Below the pieces are notes generated by a model that was given only the letters and a program-made list of their open reading frames with translations, did no database searches and was not told the DNA's origin. A program made the position numbers and the translations under genes. Of a DNA stretch of 24,000 nt, positions 17,487-24,000 are shown in pieces (position 1 is the stretch's first letter; every line of letters begins with the position of its first letter). This DNA comes from an uncultured Methanobrevibacter sp. GTDB lineage: Archaea; Methanobacteriota; Methanobacteria; Methanobacteriales; Methanobacteriaceae. The stretch spans positions 23,054 through 47,053 of the forward strand of contig NZ_CALGFC010000072.1 in NCBI RefSeq assembly GCF_937881195.1, read 5' to 3'.

Positions 17487-18593
17487 ATGCTAAATATAAG
17501 TGAAAAAACCAAAAAAATTTTAGAAAAAAGTATTGATGAGCCTTTATCTTATGATGATGCATTATACTTGATGAATGTGAAGGGGCATGACATTAATGGT
17601 TTAATAGCTACTGCAGATTTAGTAAGAGATGAAATTGTTGGAAATAATGTGACATTTATTAATAATTGGAATATAAATTTTACAAATATATGTTCTGGTA
17701 CATGTGGATTCTGTGCATTTAAGAAAAATGATGGAGAAGATGATTCTTTCTTTATGAGTATTGATGAAATTGTAGATATAGCTAAAGAAGTTCATAAGAA
17801 TGGTGCAACAGAACTATGTATCCAGGGAGGGTTGCATGAAAATGTAGATGCTTATTTTTATGAGGATATTGTGAAAAATGTTAAATCAGAATGCCCTGAT
17901 GTTCATCTACATGCATTTTCACCTATGGAAATATATTATGGATCAAAACAAGCTGAACTTTCAGTAGATGAAACAATCAAAATGCTTAAAAAAGCAGGAC
18001 TTGGAACCATAACTGGGACAGCAGCAGAAATATTAGATGATGATGTTAGAAAAGTAATATGTAATGGAAAACTAAGTGTAGCTGAGTGGGAAGATGTTGT
18101 AAAAACTGCACATAGAAATGGTATTAGAAGTACTTGTACTATGATGTATGGCCATGTAGAAACACTTGAAGACAGAGTAAAACACATGGAAATACTTAGG
18201 AATATACAAAAAGAAACACATGGATTTACTGAATTTGTTCCACTTACCTTTATGCATGAAAATACCCCAATATACCAAAGGGGAAAAGCTAGTCCTGGTG
18301 CAACAGGTGTAGAGGATCTTAAAGTTTATGCAATATCTAGATTAATGTTTAGAGACTTAATACCAAATATTCAGGTTTCATGGGTAAAATTAGGATTTAA
18401 ATTTGCTCAAACATGCCTATTAGCTGGAGCTAATGATATGGGAGGAACTCTTGGAGAAGAAAATATTTCTAAATCCGCTGGAGCATCATATGGAGTTAGT
18501 ACTGAAATAGAAAATCTAAAATCAATTATAAAAGATATTGGAAGAACACCAGCAATTCGAGATACATTGTATGAAAACATAAAAGAAGTCTAA
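17487..18593 (+). CDS. cofH: Radical SAM enzyme of the CofH family (FO synthase subunit 2, F420 biosynthesis)
   Basis: 368 aa. '[17 protein letters not shown]' (CX3CX2C), '[12 protein letters not shown]', 'TMMYGHVET', '[10 protein letters not shown]', '[10 protein letters not shown]' and '[19 protein letters not shown]' are CofH/MqnC-MqnE-type blocks. The N-x-TN-C context fits CofH better than CofG. A paralogous function cannot be excluded without a search. Confidence 0.7.
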   Translation: MLNISEKTKKILEKSIDEPLSYDDALYLMNVKGHDINGLIATADLVRDEIVGNNVTFINNWNINFTNICSGTCGFCAFKKNDGEDDSFFMSIDEIVDIAKEVHKNGATELCIQGGLHENVDAYFYEDIVKNVKSECPDVHLHAFSPMEIYYGSKQAELSVDETIKMLKKAGLGTITGTAAEILDDDVRKVICNGKLSVAEWEDVVKTAHRNGIRSTCTMMYGHVETLEDRVKHMEILRNIQKETHGFTEFVPLTFMHENTPIYQRGKASPGATGVEDLKVYAISRLMFRDLIPNIQVSWVKLGFKFAQTCLLAGANDMGGTLGEENISKSAGASYGVSTEIENLKSIIKDIGRTPAIRDTLYENIKEV

Positions 18594-18600
18594 ACAAAAA

Positions 18601-18651
18601 TGAATTATAAATAAAACTGAATTATAAATAGAACTGAATTATAAATAAAAA
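18601..18651. repeat. 17-bp x3 tandem array directly after the cofH stop
   Basis: TGAATTATAAATAAAAC / TGAATTATAAATAGAAC / TGAATTATAAATAAAAA. Confidence 0.85.
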
Positions 18652-18700
18652 TGGTATAATAAAATTCATATTAAAAAAAATAAATGTTAAAAATTATAAT

Positions 18701-18731
18701 AAAATATATTAAAATATATTAAAATATATTT
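18701..18731. repeat. Decamer array (AAAATATATT)x3
   Basis: Three perfect copies at 18701-18730. Confidence 0.85.
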
Positions 18732-18829
18732 AAAATAAAGAAGATATAATGAAATAAATTTATAAAAATATTAAATTTAGAGATTTATATTAAATTATAT
18801 CATAAATATCAGAAACAAAAAATGTTTTA

Positions 18830-20131
18830 TTATAATTTAACTCCTTTTAAATAAGTACTAGTGGCTTCATAAATTTTAACATCCACAAATTTGCCAATTT
18901 CAACATCTTCAATAACAACAGGAACATATGAATCAGTTTTAGCTATGAAACCACCTTTAGAACCTTTTTCTACAACAAGTACTTTTTGTATAGATCCCAC
19001 CAATTCTTTATTTTCGTATTCAGTGATTTCTGATTTAATATCTGTAAGATATTTTGAACGTTTTTTCATTACTTCATGAGGAATTTCATCAAGAACAGAT
19101 GACGGAGCACCTTCCCTATGACGATACTTTGAAAGATGAATAAGCCCGGGTTTTAATTCTCTTAAAATTTCAGCGGTTTTTTTAAAATCTTCCTCTTTTT
19201 CAGTAGGATAACCTACAATTATATCTGTAGCTATAGTTAAATTAGGAATTTCATTTTTAAAACGATTAACAATTTTAATATATTCTTTAACAGTGTGGCC
19301 TCTTCTCATATCCACTAATACAGAATCACTGCCCGATTGTATAGGAATATGGATAAATTTATATACATTAGGATGTTTAAAAGCCTCAATTAAACTATCT
19401 AAATCATCCCCAATGTTATTAGGATGCATCATTCCTACACGAATTCTAAAATCATTATTAATTTCAGGATCATTAACAAGACCAGATACTTCTTTAATTA
19501 AATTAGATAATTTTTCATTAGTATCTTTTCCAAAAGCAGCAGTGTCTTGAGCAGTTAGTTGAATTTCAACACAACCATCTAATAAAGCACCTTTAGCTTC
19601 CTTTTTAATTTCAGAAATAGAGTAACTATTTAAAGTACCTCTAGCAAATCTAGTACAACAATAGCTACAAGCCCCTAAACAACCCTCACAAATCTGAATT
19701 ATATGAATAAGTTCATCAAAACGGATTTTTGGAATACCTACCTTAGTATCTTTAGAAAACCCACACTCCCTACTTATTTCCCCATTTAATGTAGCTTTTA
19801 CTACATTAGTAGTTTTATTAAGTTGATGAGGCCCAATCCATGAAGTATCTGGAGCTATTTTATTCAATTTTTTTGGGTCAATTTCAACCATACACCCACT
19901 AACAATGACTTTTAGCTCGGGAAATTGATCTTTTAACTTTTGTATCCTATTAGTTACTTTATTTTCAGTAGGCTGCTTTACATAACATGTATTGATAATA
20001 GCTACATCAGCATCATCAATAGAATTTACAATTTCAAAATCATTTTCAACCAAATTCCCTGCCATTATTTGAGAATCTGCTTGATTAAATGTACAACCAA
20101 AAGTATCTATAAAAACCTTTGAAACTACCAT
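18830..20131 (-). CDS. mtaB: MiaB-like tRNA methylthiotransferase, archaeal MtaB/CDKAL1 type
   Basis: 433 aa. N-terminal MTTase domain 'FIDTFGCTFNQADSQ', radical SAM cluster 'CLGACSYCCTRFARG', and a C-terminal TRAM-like beta domain (GSIQKVLVVEKG...VDVKIYEAT). Confidence 0.85.
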   Translation of the reverse strand: MVVSKVFIDTFGCTFNQADSQIMAGNLVENDFEIVNSIDDADVAIINTCYVKQPTENKVTNRIQKLKDQFPELKVIVSGCMVEIDPKKLNKIAPDTSWIGPHQLNKTTNVVKATLNGEISRECGFSKDTKVGIPKIRFDELIHIIQICEGCLGACSYCCTRFARGTLNSYSISEIKKEAKGALLDGCVEIQLTAQDTAAFGKDTNEKLSNLIKEVSGLVNDPEINNDFRIRVGMMHPNNIGDDLDSLIEAFKHPNVYKFIHIPIQSGSDSVLVDMRRGHTVKEYIKIVNRFKNEIPNLTIATDIIVGYPTEKEEDFKKTAEILRELKPGLIHLSKYRHREGAPSSVLDEIPHEVMKKRSKYLTDIKSEITEYENKELVGSIQKVLVVEKGSKGGFIAKTDSYVPVVIEDVEIGKFVDVKIYEATSTYLKGVKL

Positions 20132-20333
20132 TTTATCCTCTAAAATATCAAATAATAAGATAATTAATTTTAAATTTACATTAGTCTAATATTTATTACA
20201 AAATTTTATATAAAAAACAAATTTTATCAAATTCTTATTATATATCCATATAAAAAATTAAAAAATAGAAAAATATAATAAAATTAGAAGAAGTTTAATA
20301 CAATTAAATAATTAATAATCCTCATAAAAAAAT

Positions 20334-20395
20334 ATATTTTAATAAGAATATTTTAATAAGAATATTTTAATAATAATATTTTAATAATAATATTA
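20334..20395. repeat. 14-bp x4.4 tandem array upstream of mtaB
   Basis: ATATTTTAATAAGA x2, then ATATTTTAATAATA x2, then a partial copy. Confidence 0.85.
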
Positions 20396-20455
20396 TAACT
20401 ATAAAGAAATCTATTCTTAAATAAATAAAGAAATAATAATAAATTATAAATAGAT

Positions 20456-21097
20456 TTATTTAATTTTCTTATCAGTTATTTTTCTTGAAACAATTTTATC
20501 AGTTAAATCATAATCATAATTCCTAAATTTAACTGGCTTTCCATAAATTCTTTTAATAACCCTTGCTTTAGCATATCCTTTTCTTGTCTTTCTTTCAATT
20601 GTCTTAATAACATTTATACGAATTATGTACTCAGCTATTTTAACAAAATCATCTGTAGCAAACTCAGATTCCCTATCTACTTCTACTTTAAATGAATCAA
20701 CATTACCTGTTAAGTCTACAGAAACTCCAAATCTTGAAGGAATTTCAATTGAACTTGCCCAAATAGTAGAAACATCTTTCGCAATTGAACTTTCGATTCT
20801 TCTTCCATCTTTTGTTTCAAGAGAAGTAATTTCAACCTCACCCATATCAGATAGGAGAATATTATCTTTTGATAATACTTCATCAGGATAAATATCAATA
20901 GAAGTCTTTTTTGAGCTTTCATATTCACTTATGATAAGCCTAATTGATAAAGGTTTACTTTCTGTAATTTTATCTTTAAATACAGACTCACAATCATTAC
21001 ATTTTAATAATAATTCATTGATTTCTTTACTTTTTGATGAAATTTTCTTTGATTTTAACATATCGATGTTTTCCGACCCACAAATAGGACATTCCAT
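20456..21097 (-). CDS. Zinc-ribbon protein of unknown function
   Basis: 213 aa. N-terminal CPICG-x24-CNDC zinc ribbon, a beta-rich middle domain and a basic C-terminus (KTIERKTRKGYAKARVIKRIYGKPVKFR). It may belong to a conserved euryarchaeal zinc-finger family (I recall an 'HVO_0476-like' label), but I cannot verify that. Confidence 0.55.
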   Translation of the reverse strand: MECPICGSENIDMLKSKKISSKSKEINELLLKCNDCESVFKDKITESKPLSIRLIISEYESSKKTSIDIYPDEVLSKDNILLSDMGEVEITSLETKDGRRIESSIAKDVSTIWASSIEIPSRFGVSVDLTGNVDSFKVEVDRESEFATDDFVKIAEYIIRINVIKTIERKTRKGYAKARVIKRIYGKPVKFRNYDYDLTDKIVSRKITDKKIK

Positions 21098-21541
21098 TTT
21101 TAATACCTCTTGAAACTTAAATATACATATTCAAGAATTAATAAAATTTAAAATAATTATTGATATATTTATTTTTATTATATTCCTTTTAATTTTTAGT
21201 AGTTTTATTATATATTATTAATGTATTAATATATTTAAGATTAACATAATAATAAATATTTCAAAAAATAATATTTTAAAAGTGCAATTTATTTTAATAT
21301 TAATATTATCGAAAAATATTAAAATTTTATTAAAAACAATTTATTAAATAAATATTTCATTGAATATAAACATTATTAACAAAAATAAGTTTTATTAAAA
21401 ATATATAAAAAATCCTAAAAGAATAATTTAAAATAGATAGAAAATAATTATTGAAAATAAATAGAAAATAATTATTAGCTAATATCAAGCAATAGAACTT
21501 AAAATAAATATTAATAATAAATATTTGTTAAATAGTGATCT

Positions 21542-22027
21542 TTACTCTTTTTGATTTAGATAATGATTTACAAGACCACCATTATTAAGAATATTCAACA
21601 TGAACTCTTTAAATGGTTCAATCTTAAATGATTTTTCAGAAGATTCATTAATGACAATCCCTTTTTTCAAGTCCAAAGAAATTATATCTCCTTCTTTAGC
21701 ATCTATATCTGCTTTAATGACTGGAAGACCTATGTTAATAGCATTCCTATAAAAAATTCTAGCAAAAGATTTAGCTATTATTGCTGAAATTCCCGCAGTT
21801 TTAATAGCTAATGGGGCCTGTTCTCTTGAAGAACCACAACCAAAATTATCATCAGCTAATATTATATCTCCAGATTTAACATTAGAAGCAAAATCCTCTC
21901 TTTCACCAGCCATGACATGTTTTGCCAAATCTTTAGGGTTAAATGTTCTTAAATATCTTCCAGGGATGATAACATCAGTATCAATATTATCCCCAAATTT
22001 CCAAACTTTTCCTTTTATTTCATCCAT
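21542..22027 (-). CDS. Aconitase-family small subunit (LeuD/HacB); loop sequence favours methanogen homoaconitase small subunit
   Basis: 161 aa. 'GKVWKFGDNIDTDVIIPGRYLRT', 'GDIILADDNFGCGSSREQAP' and 'FARIFYRNAINIGLP' are LeuD-family blocks. The flexible-loop residues are Arg27-Thr28 (YLRT), as in M. jannaschii HACN small subunit MJ1271. The IPMI subunit MJ1277 has Val-Tyr there. Confidence 0.85.
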   Translation of the reverse strand: MDEIKGKVWKFGDNIDTDVIIPGRYLRTFNPKDLAKHVMAGEREDFASNVKSGDIILADDNFGCGSSREQAPLAIKTAGISAIIAKSFARIFYRNAINIGLPVIKADIDAKEGDIISLDLKKGIVINESSEKSFKIEPFKEFMLNILNNGGLVNHYLNQKE

Positions 22028-22432
22028 TTTATCAACAAGTTATTCAATAAAAATAAATTATTTAATTAATATGATTAAAATTTTATATTCTCAAGAATTT
22101 AATTTAGAAATATATTATCTTAAAAATATATTAATCATAATAGTATTAATTGTATAATAAATAATTTTAAATAATTTTATAATAATTTTATAATAATAAT
22201 TTCATTATATAATTAATCTATTTAAAAATTAGTTATATAAAATATAAAATTGCATTATAATATAATAATGCATTAGAATATTAATCTATCAGTATAAATT
22301 ACAAGTTATTTAATGTAAGTAATGTTTTATATAGCTAACGATAATAATTCTAAAAAATACTCAAAAATAATCAATACAATATAAAAAATGAAATAAAAAA
22401 TATCAAATTATTTATTAAAAAATTAATTAAAA

Positions 22433-23422
22433 TTATTTTTCAATTTCAAAACCATGATTTTGAGCTTTTGTTTTAAATACAATACCGTCATTCCCAATAT
22501 AATCTTTAGTTGCTTTAAAAACATCTTGATTCTTTTTATCGATTAATCCATAAATTGCTGGGCCAAATGAACTCATGCCTACACCATAAGCCCCAAATTG
22601 TTTCATATTATCCATTAAATCCTTAACATTCTGAGATTGTCTTGAAACTTCTACATTCTTGAAACCAAGTTTTTGAATTCTATTAATTGAGTCGCCAACA
22701 GATTCAATATTTTTTTCTAATAAAAAAGGTATAAGATTCATGAATATTATATGAGATAGCTGTTCAACATCATTTTTTGGAACAGGACAATACTTCTCAA
22801 AAATATCGTCTTCTTTCATACCAGTAACAGTTGTATCTGCATTACATATTGCTACAACTATTTCCCATTCCTCAGGAAAGTCATATCTACCAATTAATTG
22901 AGGAGGTTTAGCTGGATTAATTGAAGAAGGTAGAACAGAACCTCCTTTATCATTTAAATCATGCCCTCCATCTACAATAAAACCTCCAAAATCAAAAGCA
23001 CCCATCCCAATTCCAGAACTTCCACCTCTTCCAAGAATACTACCTAGATGAATACTATCGACTTTTTTTTCATTAAATTCACAAATAAGTTTTGCTGTAG
23101 CTAAAGACATTTGTGTTCCAGACCCTAATCCTGAATGAGGAGGATAAGCTTCTTCAACAGTAAAATGGAACCCTTCATCAAAATTAAAATTAGAAATTAC
23201 TTTTTCAGCAGAGCTCTGAATCTTTTTAATAGCTTCTTTTCTTATTTCATTATCAGTAATTTTTTCATTAAAATCAATGGAGATTCCTCTATCTGAACTT
23301 TCACACTTCAATGTAAAATTAGGTTTATTTATTGTTAATCCAATACCACCATCCGCTCGACCATATGACCCATTTAAATCTATTAAAGTCATGTGTAATC
23401 TAGAGGGTGTTTTAATAAGCAT
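22433..23422 (-). CDS. Beta-ribofuranosylaminobenzene 5'-phosphate (RFAP) synthase family protein (GHMP-kinase fold; methanopterin biosynthesis family)
   Basis: 329 aa. N-terminal 'IKTPSRLHMTLIDLNGSYGRADGGIGLTI' and the GHMP-like glycine-rich 'PPHSGLGSGTQMSLA' and 'GRGGSSGIGMGAFDFGGF'. Methanogens carry paralogs of this family, so the exact activity is uncertain. Confidence 0.65.
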   Translation of the reverse strand: MLIKTPSRLHMTLIDLNGSYGRADGGIGLTINKPNFTLKCESSDRGISIDFNEKITDNEIRKEAIKKIQSSAEKVISNFNFDEGFHFTVEEAYPPHSGLGSGTQMSLATAKLICEFNEKKVDSIHLGSILGRGGSSGIGMGAFDFGGFIVDGGHDLNDKGGSVLPSSINPAKPPQLIGRYDFPEEWEIVVAICNADTTVTGMKEDDIFEKYCPVPKNDVEQLSHIIFMNLIPFLLEKNIESVGDSINRIQKLGFKNVEVSRQSQNVKDLMDNMKQFGAYGVGMSSFGPAIYGLIDKKNQDVFKATKDYIGNDGIVFKTKAQNHGFEIEK

Positions 23423-23640
23423 ATAATAACTCCTTTAAATTGTTTCAATAATCATTAACAAAATATAATCATTAATAAAATTAATTATAAATCCAATAAA
23501 TAAAAATTCTAGAATTATAAATAAAATCTAGTAAACATATATCACATTATAATATATTAATTTTTATATTTAATTCTAGATTAATCATTAAAATAAGTAT
23601 AGAAATTAAAATTTATACTAAAAATGAGAAATAATAGCAG

Positions 23641-23812
23641 AATAAAAAATAGAAAAATAAAATAAAAAATAGAATAAAAATAGAAAAATAAAATGAAAAT
23701 AAGAAATAAAATAAAAAATAAACAAAAATAGAAAAATAAAATGAAAATAAGAAATAAAATAAAAAATAAACAAAAATAGATAATATAATGAAAAAATAGA
23801 AAAATAAAAACT
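23641..23812. repeat. A-rich 48-bp tandem array with nested AAAAATAGAAAAATAAAAT sub-repeats
   Basis: AAAAATAGAAAAAT starts at 23676 and 23724, with AAAAATAGA again at 23772 (48-bp spacing). Related sub-units lie near 23645 and 23791. The plus strand here is almost free of T and C. Confidence 0.8.
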
Positions 23813-23834
23813 AAATTAAATTAGTTTTCAATTA

Positions 23835-24000
23835 TTATTCTTTTTTAAATGGAACTGAAAATTCGTCTTCTATTTCCTGCCTATACATAGAATTCATTGT
23901 ACAGAAAGGTATTATACGACCATCAGGAACCGCATAATGTATTACACATTTTTTAACCCTATCTTCATCAAAATTGAATGGATCCATAAAATGCATACAA
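23835..24000 (-). CDS. 3'-terminal fragment of a gene running off the window; C-terminus resembles a radical SAM family (Tes/GDGT-MAS, MJ0619-like)
   Basis: My own translation of the minus strand gives ...CMHFMDPFNFDEDRVKKCVIHYAVPDGRIIPFCTMNSMYRQEIEDEFSVPFKKE-stop (54 codons, below the ORF-track cutoff). I recall the HFMD..FD..R...C.IHYA.PDGR.IPFC..N..YR pattern from the C-terminal region of that family. Only a fragment is visible. Confidence 0.4.
   Translation of the reverse strand, partial: CMHFMDPFNFDEDRVKKCVIHYAVPDGRIIPFCTMNSMYRQEIEDEFSVPFKKE

Noticed and set aside
17936-18278. Two antisense ORFs (83 aa and 68 aa) inside cofH
   Set aside because: They are shadows of a strongly supported radical SAM gene.
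18891-20122. Three plus-strand ORFs (62, 85 and 60 aa) inside mtaB
   Set aside because: They are antisense shadows of the MtaB frame.
20625-21113. ORFs 20625-20891 (+), 20716-20928 (-) and 20931-21113 (+) overlapping the zinc-ribbon gene
   Set aside because: They are alternative-frame or antisense readings. Only the 213-aa frame has a CxxC...CxxC ribbon and an uninterrupted span across the whole region.
21912-22157. 81-aa plus-strand ORF overlapping the start of the LeuD/HacB gene
   Set aside because: It is half antisense to conserved LeuD sequence and half AT-rich spacer read-through. No SD.

Overview
This window is very AT-rich and looks like chromosome from a methanogenic archaeon. Gene content suggests Methanobacteriales, possibly Methanobrevibacter-like; that placement is inference from content only. 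I support 22 protein genes, one of them a 3'-terminal fragment at the right edge, plus a tRNA-Val/tRNA-Phe pair.

Most genes are recognisable housekeeping or cofactor genes:
- Repair and nucleic acid: protein-L-isoaspartate methyltransferase, a Hel308/Ski2 helicase, an HMf-type histone, a DeoC-type aldolase.
- tRNA modification: Elp3 and an archaeal MtaB-type methylthiotransferase.
- Cofactor synthesis: MoaC, CbiD, CofH (F420 pathway), a LeuD/HacB-family small subunit with the homoaconitase-type YLRT loop, and an RFAP-synthase-family protein (methanopterin pathway).
- Other: a GT4 glycosyltransferase, a small CPYC thioredoxin, two tandem DUF308/HdeD-like membrane paralogs, and a PRC-barrel protein.

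I see no CRISPR array, transposase, integrase or recognisable defence or secretion system, and I cannot honestly name a new multi-gene system here.

What does stand out:
1. Coding density is low for an archaeon, about two-thirds by summing my calls. Almost every gene is isolated by a 200-640 bp spacer.
2. Nearly every spacer carries its own unrelated AT-rich tandem-repeat array, with units of 10, 14, 17, 20, 21, 28, 31, 33 and 48 bp. Several are phased with the DNA helical repeat or carry TATA-like cores.
3. A roughly 2.4 kb stretch (13.7-16.07 kb) abuts the tRNA pair. It holds two orphan small ORFs and a T4 endonuclease V (DenV)-like glycosylase homolog.
4. A 99-aa protein ends in a glycine tail (SGGAEGGG-stop).
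5. CbiD carries a lineage-specific Asn/Lys-rich insertion.

All functional calls come from motif-level reading of the translations. No searches were run.
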